DNA of 64,000 bases from assembly GCA_951406725.2 (NCBI GenBank), contig OX597830.1:42532001-42596000 (forward strand). Direction: 5' to 3'. The notes beneath the pieces were generated by a model, which did not search any database, had not been told where the DNA came from, and worked only from the letters and a program-made list of their open reading frames with translations. This stretch comes from Octopus vulgaris (lineage: Eukaryota). This document shows, piece after piece, positions 14,070-29,141 of this stretch (positions within the stretch are counted from its first letter, which is position 1; each line of letters opens with the position of its first letter). The position numbers and the translations under genes were made by a program.

Positions 14070-14650
14070 ACATGATCGATGCCAGGGCTGACTGAGTGGT
14101 TCCTGTACAAGTGGCACATAAATAGCACCACTTGATTGCAGCTGATGCCAGTATCCTCTGAATAGCTCCTGTACCAGTGGCACATAAAAAACTCTATCCA
14201 AATGTGGTTGATGCCAAGGCCACCTGAGTGGCTCCTGTGCCAGTGGAACGTAAAAGGCACTATCCGAATGTGATGAATGCCAAGGCATCATGAGTGGCTC
14301 CCGTGCCGATGGCACGTAAAAAGTATCATCCAAATGTGGCCGATACCGATGCTCCTGACTGACTTCTGTGCCAGTGGCATGTAAAAAGCACTGTCTGAAT
14401 TTGATAGATGCTAGGGCCACCTGACTGGCTCCCAAGCCAGTGGCACATAAAAAGCACCCACTACACTCTCAGAGTGGTTAGCATTAGGAAGGGCATCTAG
14501 CTGTAGAACCATTGCCAGATCAGATTGGAGCCTGGTGCAGCCCACTGGCTTTCCAGACATCAGACAAACCATCCAACCCATGCCAGCATAGAAAATGGAT
14601 GTTAAACAATGATGATGATGATAATGATGATGATGATGATGATGATGATG
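14070..14650 (+). mobile_element. RTE-type 3'-end element with a 6 x ~66-bp internal tandem array and (TGA)n tail
   Basis: GTGGCAC(A/G)TAAA-like cores at ~14111, 14177, 14243, 14309, 14374, 14440, then TTAGGAAGGGCATCTAGCTG...GGATGTTAAACAATGATGATG; homolog at ~24276-24830. Confidence 0.8.
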
Positions 14651-15166
14651 ATATATATGTATGTGTGTACACTCACACACACACATATAGGATCCATGGT
14701 TCCATGGTTGCTTATGTGTGTTATTTTTCTCTATATAGATCAATTGTTCTGGTTGGATGGCCATATCTGGTCAGCTGACATTGACTTTGGTATTTTGGTA
14801 TATAGTTGTGTTTCACTTCCGTATATAAATAACTAAAAGACCTCTAAGATGGTGATCTAACATGACTGCAATCAAACGGCTGAACTCAATAGATGAATAA
14901 AGGAATAACAGAATAACTAAAACTCTTAATATTCTGAATGCTAAAGGGTCAACCACTTTCCTTTCTTCGTTTTTTTCATCTTTTCTGTTTATTGTTTTTT
15001 GTCTTTCTTCCCAGAAAAGTTAATAAAAATGATTAAAAAACTAAACAAAAATAAAAGTAAAACCAAAATCCTTTTTCATTCATCTTATATCATTTTCTAT
15101 CATCATGCCTACGTCTTTGGTGAATGCTTACTGTGTACTTGACAACATGGACTTACGGATAGAGGA

Positions 15167-15204
<38 letters not shown>

Positions 15205-15255
15205 GTGCATATATTTGATAACTATCTGTATATATGGCAGCATGTGAGTATATAC

Positions 15256-15341
<86 letters not shown>

Positions 15342-15398
15342 GTTTGATGATCATGATGATGTGTGTGTATATATATACTTACATACATACATACATAC

Positions 15399-15432
<34 letters not shown>

Positions 15433-15615
15433 ATACACACACAAATACATATATTACAACAATATAATGAAATGTCTTTTATATGTATATATGTACGTGT
15501 ATATGTATGAGTGTGCATGTATGTACACACACACTCATATGTAGTTCTCTGTTTATTATTTTACTCAAATCTAGTTATATATGCATGCATGAATGTATGT
15601 ACATGTGTATGTGTA

Positions 15616-15749
<134 letters not shown>

Positions 15750-15900
15750 TATATACATATATATACATATATACATATATATATACATTTATATATACAT
15801 ATATATACACATATATACATATATATATATATATATATACATATATATATAAATACACACACATATATATGTGCATACATACATACAGCCATACATATAC

Positions 15901-15970
<70 letters not shown>

Positions 15971-16249
15971 ACTCATATACACGCATATACATTCAAAAGA
16001 TATTTTATTATATCAATGTAATATTTCCTTGTTAGTCTAAGACAGGCGTCATTATGCTTGTTTGATTATTTCTCTATAAAATCGTTTGCAACAATTCCTT
16101 ATGCGAACAAGTAGACTTCTTATCTGCTTTAACACAAGCAGACATCCATATCTCCAAATTCTTCTATTCAATCTCAACACTCTTTTGGCCAGCAGCCTTT
16201 ATTCTAAGTTCTCTGAAACTGTATGTCTATGTATGTATATGTATGTGCG

Positions 16250-16287
<38 letters not shown>

Positions 16288-17211
16288 TACATACAGACAT
16301 ATATACATACATGCAGACATACATACATACATAAATGCATATATATATATATACATACATATATATACATATATATATATAAACATACACACACATATAT
16401 ATGTATGTATACAAGTATGCATGTATATACAATTTTTTAATTCTTTTTGCAATATTTTTCATTAGCAACAGTGGATATTTTTTGTACACTTTTATTTTTA
16501 TTGTTTATAAAAAAATTTGATGTTATTTTTATTGTTTTGTATTTTTTGTATACATATATATATATACATATATATTTTCATACTTGTCTCTGTTGCTAAG
16601 CTGGTATTTTTTTTTATCAATATACATATCAAAATAACTTTTTTTTTTTTATTTATTAATTCAATAACTTTTTTTCTCCATTTTTGGTTCTTCTTCTCCA
16701 CCCCCACCCCCACTGCCGGTCTTTCCAATTGACCTTTTCACACTGATGCTCTGCCTTACATATATTTCTGGCCTTATAAAGCCTTTTTTTTGTTTATCTT
16801 TTTATTTATGTGTATATCCAGCAGCACCACCACCACCGTTATCACAACCACCACCATCATTGTTGCTGTTATCATCATCATTGTTGTTATTATTATTATT
16901 ATTATTAATATTACTATTGATATCATTTTACTTTTATTATACTTAGCTTATTTTTTTTATTATTTATTTTGCTTACTTCTCAGTCTTCCTTTGCCTGTCA
17001 TTATGCTGCGGTCACCTCACCTAATGTTAGTAAGTATGACATCACACAAGCAGGTTATTGGAAAGTATAATGGGTTCCAACATTTGCAGTGCAATTGAGA
17101 TGAATTCTATTTTTAGTTCATATAGAAATAAAAACAACCAAAAACAAAAAAAAAGAAAGAAAGAAGAAAATGCATAAATCCTATGGAAACTCTTGATTAA
17201 TTATTCAGGTC

Positions 17212-17321
<110 letters not shown>

Positions 17322-18116
17322 GGTGGTGGTGGTGGTGGTTGATGATGATGATGATGATGATAACCACAACAACAACAACAGCAATAATAGTATATTTTTT
17401 TATTTGTCTTCTTTTTGTTCAGAAAGTCATAAACTATGTTGAATATTAGATTTAAAGTTCTTTTTCTTTGCTTCTTGAAATTCTGACATCAATAGTCTTT
17501 AGTTTGGTCTCCTGTAAGAATGCATGAAGAAGACAGGCTTTTGTTGCAGAAATGTAAAATGTACCAAAAATTTTGCTGATTAATATAAAACTTTTCCTTG
17601 TTGGTTTCAATTCAGTCAAAGAATTTTCTTTTCTTTGTTTCTTCTTGTTTGACTTTGAATTCTTTTTATTTTTATTTTTTACAAATCATATCTGCTGCTT
17701 GTGTGGAATCTTTTCACTGTTGTTGTGTGATTGTGTAAAAACCCACCTCAAGGTCCATTCCTTCTTGAGATGTGAGATGCGATGGCTTGCAAGCCTTGAC
17801 CCTTTGAGTTATTCCAGTGAAGTACAAGTTCTTGGGTTGTGTCTCCCATGCTGTACAGGTCAGGGGATAGAGGCTCAGCTAATATGGACCACGTCTTTAC
17901 AGAAGTACAAAAATGGGTTTGTGTAGGGCCACCACCCCTTCCTAGAAAACCAAAGCAAAGTTTACTTTGGAACACCATAGTTCGGGGTTCAGTCCTACTG
18001 TATGGCACCTTGGGCAAGTGTTTTCTACTATAGCCTTAGGCCAATCAAGGCCTTGCGAGTGGATTTGGTAGACAGAAACTGAAAGAAGCCAGTCATATAT
18101 ATATATGTTCCAGATT

Positions 18117-18510
18117 CAGGAAGATGTGGGATGAAATGGGAAGAAAGGATCTACAGATATTGGGACACACAGAGGAGATGTCAGGGGACCAAGACTCCTG
18201 GCAGTTTGCTGTGCCTAAAATGACATGTCAAGCTTAGTAAAAGCATGGTTGCCCTTGCATACAGACTCATCCCCTGCAACCCTCTCCAGCTGAGCATCCC
18301 TAAGCTTTCAGGTTCATAGGCGCTGGTGCCACATAAAAGCTACCAGTACACTCTGTAAAGTGGTTGGCATTAGGAAGGGTATTCATCCATAGAAAACTTG
18401 CCAAAACAGACATGGAGCCTGTATAGCCCTTCAGCTGGACAGCTCCTGGTAAACTGTCCAACCCATGCCAGCATGGAAAATGGACATTAAACGAAGATGA
18501 TGACGATGAT
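18117..18510 (+). mobile_element. RTE LINE 3' end (ORF C-terminus plus 3' UTR)
   Basis: Reads RKMWDEMGRKDLQILGHTEEMSGDQDSWQFAV, similar to RTE terminal motif KTW.E.V.KD..LGL..E.A.DR..W; continues into the AGGAAGGGCATCC...GGACATTAAACGATGATGA-type body. Homolog ~28250-28640. Confidence 0.7.
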
Positions 18511-18530
18511 ATATTCATGCATATATAAGT

Positions 18531-18925
18531 GCAGGAGTGGGCATGTGGCAAGAAGCTTGCTTCCCAACCACATGGTTCCGGGTTCAATCCCACTCCATGG
18601 CACCTTGGGCAAGTGTCCTCTGCTATAGCCTCAGGCTGACTAAAGCCTTGTGAGTGGATTTGGTAGACGGAAACTGAAAAAAACCCATCATATATACATG
18701 TGTGTGTGTGTGCTTGTCTGTGCATGTAAGTATTTGTTATTTGTGTCTGTGTTTGTCCTCCCACCATCACTTGTGTTTACATCCCTCTAACTTAGCGGTT
18801 CAGCAAAAAGAGCCTGATAGAATAAGTACCAGGCTTACAAAGAATAAATCCTGGGGTCAATTTGTTCCACTAAAAGGCAGTGCTCCAGCATGGCCACAGT
18901 CAAATGACTGAAACAAGTTAAAGAA
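18531..18925 (+). mobile_element. tRNA-derived CORE-like SINE, family A, near full length
   Basis: Head GCAGGAGTGG..TGTGG...GGTTCCGGGTTCAATCCC; CORE-like GGCACCTTGGGCAAGTGTC; internal (TG)n; tail GTGCTCCAGCATGGCCACAGTCAAATGACTGAAACAAG. Other copies: 28660-29055, 36988-37305, 47095-47510, 58105-58520, and on minus 10725-10870, 31318-31500. Confidence 0.85.
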
Positions 18926-18967
18926 TGTGTGTGCGTGTGTGTATATATACATGTATTTATGTGTGTG

Positions 18968-19001
<34 letters not shown>

Positions 19002-19006
<5 letters not shown>

Positions 19007-21180
19007 GTACCTTGACTTACGAGTGTCTCAACTAACGAGTTTTTTGAGATACGAGCTGTCGCTTGGCTGTTACTTGATAGCTAGACAGACATGCGCATTA
19101 GCAAGTACGAAAACCGTTAGTGGATCGTTAGCTAAACGGGTGGTAAAATGCTTACTTAGTTATTGCAGGCTACAGAAACATCAGTCTTGTGCTCACAACT
19201 GTGCTTGCAGTTATTTTGCAAAACTTTGTTTTTCCAACCATGGGTCTGAAGAAAGTGAGTGCGAAGGATTGCTAAGAAGAAGAAGCGGATGATGTGCATT
19301 GAATGAAAGAAATAATCGGAAAACCAAAATGTGTGTGTAGTTTACATGGTGAAGCAGTACGAGCGTAGCACTCCTACAATCTGCACCATACTGAAGCAGA
19401 AGGAGACGATAAAGGCTTTAACACCAGCCAAGGGCTTTAAAATGATTTCTAAACAACATATTTCTATCCACGAAATATGTAGAAGCTGCTGATAGTGTGG
19501 TTGATGGAGAAGCAGCACATAGGAGATACCATGACGGAGGCTATAATCTGCAAGAAGACATGAGCTATTTACACTGATTTGCTGCAGCAGACCTCAGGTA
19601 CTTGTATGGATGAGACATTGGGTGAGCCGTTTAAAGCCAGTCGGGGCTGGTTCAAGAATTTTAAATAGAGGACTGGCATTCACTCTCTTATCAGGCATGG
19701 TGAGTCAGTGAGTGCAGATATGAAGGCAGCTGAAGATTACCTCCAAACTTTTGCTGGAATTATAGTAGCTGAGGGATACAACCCCCAGCAAGTCTTCAAT
19801 TGTGACAAGACAGGACTTTTTTGGAAGAAGATGCCAAGGAGGACTTATATAATGGCAGAGGAGAAGAGGATGCCATGCCACAAATCCATGAAGGATAGGC
19901 TAACTGTATGCCAATTTGAGAGGCGACTGCAAAATTAAGCTGCTGCTCGTTTATCATTCAGAAAACCTCAGTCTTTAAGTTACATAAGATCCTGAAAGAA
20001 AACTGCACGTTATGTGGAGGGCAAATCCAAGGGCATGGGTCACCAGCTAGTTCCCAGGAGGAGTGGGTGAATTTGGTCTTTGGTCATGATATTAAAAAAT
20101 ATCTCCAGGAAAGTAACCTACCGCTGCAAGCCCTTCACGTCCGGGACAATGTACTTGCTCACCCACCTAGCCTCAAAGATGACATCCTAGAAGGGTTCAA
20201 GTTTATAAAGGTTCTCTATCTTCTACCTAACACCACCCCTATCATGTAGCCCATGGACCAGCAAGAGATTTCTAATTTCAAGGAGCTCTTCACCAAGCAC
20301 CTGTTCCACTGTTGCTTTGCGGTGACAGAGAGCACAAACCTCACCCTTCGAGAATTCTGGAAGGACCACTATAACATTGTGATATGCCTCAGAATTATCG
20401 ATATGGCCTGGCAAGGGGAAGTAACTCTCTGTAGCAATAATAACAATCCTTTCTTACTAAAGGCACAAGGCCTACAAAGAGGACCTTGACCTCTGTGAGG
20501 AAGAAGCTGTAGCTTGAAGTTGATTTTGAAACAGACTTTGAAAGACTCAAACCTGAAGTGGAAGTGGTAGAGGAGATTGTATCCTTTGGCAAGTCCATAG
20601 GCCTGGACATGGATGAAGGTAACATCAATGAGTTCATCAAGGAGCACTCTGAGGTGCTGATAACAGAGGAGCTAAAGGAGCTACAGACACAGCAGCACAT
20701 GGAGGTTTTGCAGGAAGTAGGCGATGTGGAGAAGGTTATCTCAACAAGTGCGATAAAGGAAATGTTGGGAATATGGGGGAAACTTTCAGACTTTATTCAA
20801 AAGAAACACCCAGAAAATGTTGCGACTGGGCATGCAACGGCACTACTTAATGACACTTGCCTGGCTCATGTCAGAAACATTCTGTAGGAGAGGATGAAAT
20901 ATTGGACAGGTTTTTATAGAAAACTCCTGCAGATGAAAGTGATAAAAGCATGGTGAAAAGGGCAAAAGTCAGCAAAAAACGATTCAGTTATTCAGTTCAG
21001 TCTTTTTCCTCCACCTCCATCAGCACCCTCAAGTCGTCTTACCTCCAAGGTAAATACTTTACATTATACTTAATAAAACCACTTCATTGAAGTACATTTT
21101 ATTGTATTGTTTTTTGTTTTTTTTTATACAATATTCATTATTTATAAGTACATTTTTCTTATTTAAAAACATGTACCATT
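19002..21180 (+). mobile_element. decayed Tigger/pogo DNA transposon (CENP-B HTH + DDE_1 transposase pseudogene)
   Basis: Left TIR-like (C>T)AGTGGTACCTTGACTTACGAG after (TA)n; fragments MGLKK, FKASRGWFKNF, GYNPQQVFNCDKTGLFWKKMPRRTY, LLPNTTPIM*PMDQQEISNFK; many stops and frameshifts; no right TIR seen. Confidence 0.9.
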
Positions 21181-21189
21181 GTTTCAGTT

Positions 21190-21289
21190 NNNNNNNNNNN
21201 NNNNNNNNNNNNNNNNNNNNNNNNNNNNNNNNNNNNNNNNNNNNNNNNNNNNNNNNNNNNNNNNNNNNNNNNNNNNNNNNNNNNNNNNN
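21190..21289. other. 100-N scaffold gap
   Basis: Directly visible. Confidence 1.
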
Positions 21290-23111
21290 ATGATATAAAA
21301 GAAACGATAGTTTAAATATTGGAGAAATGAAAGAAATATGCAGCCCAATAGAGGACTAACCAACCATATGAAGCACAGGGGCATTTCAGAGAGCCCCATA
21401 GATCATGGATTACCCTTACTGTTAAGGACACCTGCTCTCATTCAACCATGCTCTCTGACCTGTTGGCATATACTGACAGTAGGACCATTCACCTGAGCCA
21501 TTCTCCCCCAATAATCTGCTACCTTTAAGCAAATATACAAGGAGGCAGCTCTTCTTTCATTCCTTTCACTTCTCTCTCCAAGTGATACATGAAGAAATTT
21601 TGATGGGGAATTGGTCGAAGAGGAAAATCTCTGTCTGCAGTTCTTTCAGTCTTGTCCACTATATGACCTCTGTTGCCTTAGCTGCTCAGACTGAGGAAAA
21701 CTGCCAGCCTTTTCCTGGCCAAAGAAAAGAAGAAGTGCAATGCTATTCATGATGTGTTTGGCTAATAGCCAGATCCATCTTACATGTGAACAGCAGCTGT
21801 TTGATGTAAATCCACAGTTAAATGATGCTTGGAAGACAGACATTAAACGATGAGGATGGTGGTGGTGATGGTGGTGGTTGTGGTGGTGGTGTTGGTAGTG
21901 ACGATGAGGATAATGACAATGACGATAAAGATGATGATAGTGGTGGTAGTGATGTGATGATGACAATGGTGGTGGCAGTTGTGGGGAGGAGGAGGAGAAG
22001 GAGGGTGATCATGATGGTCATGATGGGGATGATGATGATGATGAAGGGTTTTCACACAGTTTCCATCTGTCAAAATTCACTCACAAAGCATTGATTGGTT
22101 TGGTGCTGTAGTAAAATACCCTTGCACAAGATGTCACACCATGGGACTGGATCTGAAACCACACAGCCATGGCTTTTTTTCTAAAATGCTTTTTTAATCA
22201 GGAAAGAAGGTAGTGTCCATGACCATTCTTGGGAGTTTTGAAACTAGTTGGAGGGAGGGATGAAGGAAGATATCCTAAAACCAAAGTCCTATTCTGAATG
22301 CTTGCAACATTGTGGAATCAACTAATGGTTCCCAAAATGCCAGGTGGTGGCATTAAACCAAATTCAGTCTTCCTTAATTTCATCATATCCTCATAATTTT
22401 TTTTTTACTTAGCAGCTGATTTGATCTGAGATCATGTGTTGAAACTAAAACAATTACAGCATGAAAGACAGAGGCTGGTTTCAAATGATGGCACAAGGCC
22501 AGCAACTTCAGGGGAGAGGATAAGTTGATTATATTGACCCAAGTTCCCAACTGGTACTTATTTTATTGACTTTGAAAAAATGAAATAAGTCCCAGTACAG
22601 CACTGGGGTTGATGTAATCCACTTACCCCTGCCCCTAGAAACTGCTGGCCTTGTGCCTAAATGTGAAGCTAATATTTAAGTACATTCTAAAGAGGTGAGC
22701 TGACAGAATCGTTAACACACCAAGCAAAATAGTTAGTGTCATTTCATCTGTCTAAACATTCTGAGTTCAAATTCCATTGAGGTTGACTTTACCTTTGAAA
22801 GACACTTATTAGCCATTCAAGAATACACACAGATTCTTAACTTCACTCAAAAACTTATAACTTTCTATATGGTGTCAAAAGTTTCATCAAACAAACTGTG
22901 ACTTGGTCACTGACAAGTTTACACAGCATCTCATTTTTTAGTTTGTTGGTTGATCTTTCTCTCTCTCACTTTCTCTTTCTCTCTTTTCCCCTCGCTCTCT
23001 CCATCTCTCCCTTTCTTATATATATATATATATATATAATTGTCACATTATATTATAGATAAATTCCTCTATTTACATAATATCGAGGTCTCATTCTTTC
23101 TTTTGTTGTCA

Positions 23112-23169
<58 letters not shown>

Positions 23170-23455
23170 ATATCATCATCATCATCATCATCATTGTTGT
23201 TTAACATCCGCTTTCCATGCTGGTATGGGTTAGATGGTTTGACTGGGGACTGGTGAGCCAGAAGGCTGCATCAGGCTCAATCTGATCTGGCAAAGTTTCC
23301 TATCAAGAGTGTAGTGGGTGCTTTTACGTGCCATTGGCACAAGGACCAGTTGTGCGGTTCTTGCAATGACCATGCTCAAAAGGTGTTTTTTTACATGCTA
23401 TCTGCACGGGAGCCAGCCCGGCAGCACTGGCAATGACCACACTCGAATGTGTATG

Positions 23456-23499
<44 letters not shown>

Positions 23500-23895
23500 T
23501 ACATACATATATACATATATATCATCATCATCATCAACATTATCATCATCATTATTGTTTAACGTCCGTTTTCCATGCTAGCATGGGTTGGATGGTTTGA
23601 CCGATGTCTGGGAAGCCAGGAGGCTGCACCAGGCTCCAGTCTGATCTTGCAGTGTTTCTACAGCTGGAGGCCCTTCCTAACACCAACCACTCTGTGAGTG
23701 TAGTGGGTGCTTTTTATGTGCATATATATATATATATATATATATAAGACCAGGCATAAATAATAGTCATGTCATTACATATTTATTTATTATAGGAAGT
23801 CAAAGTCAAATTTACTACAATAAAGAAATATCTAATCCCCATTATTTATGCCTTGTCCTGTATATTATTCTGGAAAACCAGTATAACTGGAACAC

Positions 23896-24113
23896 AACCA
23901 GGGATTTACAATACTGAATGATGATGAACTATAACCCTGGACCCTGCCATGAGAATACTTGATGTCCTTAACTAATCTAAACAATAGTGTTTGCCCGGTG
24001 TACTAACCAGGGATTTACAATACAGAATGATGATGAACTATAACCCTGGACCCTGCCATGAGAATACTTGATGTCCTTAACTAATCTAAACAATAGTGTT
24101 TGCCCGGTGTACT
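23896..24113 (+). repeat. 109-bp tandem duplication private to copy 2
   Basis: AACCAGGGATTTACAATAC...CCCGGTGTACT occurs at 23896 and 24005 (one mismatch seen); single at ~13799-13907 in copy 1. Confidence 0.92.
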
Positions 24114-25372
24114 AACAGAGAGCTTATAAAGTATTTTGCTCAGATTGATAATCCCTCACTAATATCTCTATTATATGTCATCATCATCATCATCATCATC
24201 ATCATTTAGCATCCGCTTTCCATGCATCGGGTTCCAGTCTGATTTGGCATGGTTTCTACAGCTGGATGCTCTTTAACATGATCGATGCCAGGGCTGACTG
24301 AGTGGTTCCTGTACAAGTGGCACATAAATAGCACCACTTGATTGCAGCTGATGCCAGTATCCTCTGAATAGCTCCTGTACCAGTGGCACATAAAAAACTC
24401 TATCCAAATGTGGTTGATGCCAAGGCCACCTGAGTGGCTCCTGTGCCAGTGGAACGTAAAAAGCACTATCCGAATGTGATGAATGCCAAGGCATCATGAG
24501 TGGCTCCCGTGCCGATGGCACGTAAAAAGCATCATCCAAATGTGGCCGATACTGATGCTCCTGACTGACTTCTGTGCCAGTGGCATGTAAAAAGCACTGT
24601 CTGAATTTGATAGATGCTAGGGCCACCTGACTGGCTCCCAAGCCAGTGGCACATAAAAAGCACCCACTACACTCTCAGAGTGGTTAGCATTAGGAAGGGC
24701 ATCTAGCTGTAGAACCATTGCCAGATCAGATTGGAGCCTGGTGCAGCCCACTGGCTTCCCAGACATCAGACAAACCATCCAACCCATGCCAGCATAGAAA
24801 ATGGATGTTAAACAATGATGATGATGAGGAGGAGGATATATATGATGTGTGTGTGTGTGTGTGTGTGTGTAAACTCACACACACACACACACACACACAT
24901 ATAGGATCCATGGTTGCTTATGTGTGTTATTTTTCTCTATATAGATCAATTGTTCTGGTTGGATGGCCATATCTGGTCAGCTGACATTGACTTTGGTATT
25001 TTGGTATATAGTTGTGTTTCACTTCCATGTATAAATAACTAAAACACCTCTAAGATGGTGATCTAACATGACTGCAATCAAACGGCTGAACTCAATAGAT
25101 GAATAAAGGAATAACAGAATAACTAAAACTCTTAATATTCTGAATGCTAAAGGGTCAACCACTTTCCTTTCTTCGTTTTTTTCATCTTTTCTGTTTATTG
25201 TTTTTTGTCTTTCTTCCCAGAAAAGTTAATAAAAATGATTAAAAAACTAAACAAAAATAAAAGTAAAACCAAAATCCTTTTTCATTCATCTTATATCATT
25301 TTCTATCATCATGCCTACGTCTTTGGTGAATGCTTACTGTGTACTTGACAACATGGACTTATGGATAGAGGA

Positions 25373-25408
<36 letters not shown>

Positions 25409-25459
25409 GTGCATATATTTGATAACTATCTGTATATATGGCAGCATGTGAGTATATAC

Positions 25460-25528
<69 letters not shown>

Positions 25529-25938
25529 TGATGATGATGATGATGTGTATGTATATATATACTTACATACATACATACATATATATGTATATATGTATAT
25601 ATATATATATATATATGCACATATATATATATATATATATACACACACAAATACATATATTGCAACAATATAATGAAATGTCTTTTATATGTATATATGT
25701 ACGTGTATATGTATGAGTGTGCATATATGTACACACACACTCATATGTAGTTCTCTGTTTAATATTTTACTCAAATCTAGTTATATATGCATGCATGAAT
25801 GTATGTACATGTGTATGTGTGTGAATATATATATATATATATATGAATATATATGTATATGTATATATATAATATATATACACATATATATACATATATA
25901 TGTACATATATATACATATATACATATATATATACATT

Positions 25939-26003
<65 letters not shown>

Positions 26004-26317
26004 TCACACACACACACACAAACACACACACACAAACACACTCATATACACACATATACATACAAAAGACATTTTATTATATCAATGTAATATTTCCTTG
26101 TTAGTCTAAGACAGGCGTCATTATGCTTGTTTGATTATTTCTCTATAAAATCGTTTGCAACAATTCCTTATGCGAACAAGTAGACTTCTTATCTGCTTTA
26201 ACACAAGCAGACATCCATATCTCCAAATTCTTCTATTCAATCTCAACACTCTTTTGGCCAGCAGCCTTTATTCTAAGTTCTCTGAAACTGTATGTCTATG
26301 TATGTATATGTATGTGC

Positions 26318-26376
<59 letters not shown>

Positions 26377-27315
26377 TACATACAAACATATACACATACA
26401 TGCAGACATACATACATAAATGCATATATATATATATACATACATATATATACATATATATATATATATATACATACACACACATATATATGTATGTATA
26501 CAAGTATGCATGTATGTACAATTTTTTAATTCTTTTTGCAATATTTTTCATTAGCAACAGTGGATATTTTTTGTACACTTTTATTTTTATTGTTTATAAA
26601 AAAAATTTGATGTTATTTTTATTGTTTTGGATTTTTTGTATACACATATATATATATATATTTTCATACTTGTCTCTGTTGCTAAGCTGGTATTTTTTTT
26701 ATCAATATACATATCAAAATAACTTCTTTTTTTTTATTTATTAATTCAATAACTTTTTTTCTCCATTTTTGGTTCTTCTTCTCCACCCCCCCCCCCACCC
26801 ACCCCACTGCCGGTCTTTCCAATTGACCTTTTCACACTGATGCTCTGCCTTACATATATTTCTGGCCTTATAAAGCCTTTTTTTTGTTTATCTTTTTATT
26901 TATGTGTATATCCAGCACCACCACCACCACCACCGTTATCACAACCACCACCATCATTGTTGCTGTCATCATCATCATCATTGTTATTATTATTATTATT
27001 ATTATTATTAATATTACTATTGATATCATTTTGCTTTTGTTATACTTAGCTTATTTTTTTTTAAATTTATTTTGCTTACTTCTCAGTCTTCCTTCGCCTG
27101 TCATTATGCTGCGGTCACCTCACCCAATGTTAGTAAGTATGACATCACACAAGCAGGTTATTGGAAAGTATAATGGGTTCCAACGTTTGCAGTGCAATTG
27201 AGATGAATTCTATTTTTAGTTCATATAGAAATAAAAACAACCAAAAACAAAAAAAAAGAAAGAAAGAAGAAAATGCATAAATCCTATGGAAATTCTTGAT
27301 TAATTATTCAGGTCA

Positions 27316-27388
<73 letters not shown>

Positions 27389-27454
27389 GGTAGTGGTGGT
27401 GGTAGTGGTGGTGGTGGTGGTGGTGGTGGTGGTGGTGGTGGTGGTGGTGGTGGT

Positions 27455-27499
<45 letters not shown>

Positions 27500-29096
27500 C
27501 CACACAACAACAACAACAGCAATAATAGTATATTTTTTTATTTGTCTTCTTTTTGTTCAGAAAGTCATAAACTATGTTGAATATTAGATTTAAAGTTCTT
27601 TTTCTTCGCTTCTTGAAATTCTGACATCAATAGTCTTTAGTTTGGTCTCCTGTAAGAATGCATGAAGAAGACAGGCTTTTGTTGCAGAAATGTAAAATGT
27701 ACCAAAAATTTTGCTGATTAATATAAAACTTTTCCTTGTTGGTTTCAATTCAGTCAAAGAATTTTCTTTTCTTTGTTTCTTCTTGTTTGACTTTGAATTC
27801 TTTTTATTTTTATTTTTTACAAATCATATCTGCTGCTTGTGTGGAATCTTTTCACTGTTGTTGTGTGATTGTGTAAAAACCCACCTCAAGGTCCATTCCT
27901 TCTTGAGATGTGAGATGCGATGGCTTGCAAGCCTTGACCCTTTGAGTTATTCCAGTGAAGTACAAGTTCTTGGGTTGTGTCTCCCATGCTGTACAGGTCA
28001 GGGGATAGAGGCTCAGTTAATATGGACCACGTCTTTACAGAAGTACAAAAATGGGTTTGTGTAGGGCCACCACCCCTTCCTAGAAAACCAAAGCAAAGTT
28101 TACTTTGGAACACCATAGTTCGGGGTTCAGTCCTACTGTATGGCACCTTGGGCAAGTGTTTTCTACTATAGCCTTAGGCCAATCAAAGCCTTGCGAGTGG
28201 ATTTGGTAGACAGAAACTGAAAGAAGCCAGTCATATATATGTTCCAGATTCAGGAAGATGTGGGATGAAATGGGAAGAAAGGATCTACAGATATTGGGAC
28301 ACACAGAGATGTCAGGGGACCAAGACCCCTGGCAGTTTGCTGTGCCTAAAATGACGTCAAGCTTAGTAAAAGCATGGTTGCCCTTGCATACAGACTCATC
28401 CCCTGCAACCCTCTCCAGCTGAGCATCCCTAAGCTTTCAGGTTCATAGGCGCTGGTGCCACATAAAAGCTACCAGTACACTCTGTAAAGTGGTTGGCATT
28501 AGGAAGGGTATTCATCCATAGAAAACTTGCCAAAACAGACATGGAGCCTGTATAGCCCTTCAGCTGGACAGCTCCTGGTAAACTGTCCAACCCATGCCAG
28601 CATGGAAAATGGACATTAAACGAAGATGATGACGATGATATATTCATGCATATATAAGTGCAGGAGTGGGCATGTGGCAAGAAGCTTGCTTCCCAACCAC
28701 ATGGTTCCGGGTTCAATCCCACTCCATGGCACCTTGGGCAAGTGTCCTCTGCTATAGCCTCAGGCTGACTAAAGCCTTGTGAGTGGATTTGGTAGACGGA
28801 AACTGAAAAAAACCCATCATATATACATGTGTGTGTGTGTGCTTGTCTGTGCATGTAAGTATTTGTTATTTGTGTCTGTGTTTGTCCTCCCACCATCACT
28901 TGTGTTTACATCCCTCTAACTTAGCGGTTCAGCAAAAAGAGCCTGATAGAATAAGTACCAGGCTTACAAAGAATAAATCCTGGGGTCAATTTGTTCCACT
29001 AAAAGGCAGTGCTCCAGCATGGCCACAGTCAAATGACTGAAACAAGTTAAAGAATGTGTGTGCGTGTGTGTATATATACATGTATTTATGTGTGTG

Positions 29097-29136
<40 letters not shown>

Positions 29137-29141
<5 letters not shown>

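Noticed and set aside
14070-14460. Regularly spaced ~66-bp repeats resembling a CRISPR array
   Set aside because: The 'spacers' are homologous to each other, the array is inside a retroelement end, the DNA is eukaryotic and no cas genes are present.
16160-16216. Possible minus-strand terminal exon (TTTCAG|A GAA CTT..., ELRIKAAGQKSVEIE*)
   Set aside because: Too short, no recognisable homology and no upstream exon found; needs RNA-seq.
17573-17926. 117-aa non-microsatellite ORF repeated at 27711
   Set aside because: Non-ATG start, T-rich low-complexity N-terminus, no motif; identity between copies is explained by the duplication.
21087-21399. ORFs spanning the N run
   Set aside because: Artefacts of the scaffold gap.
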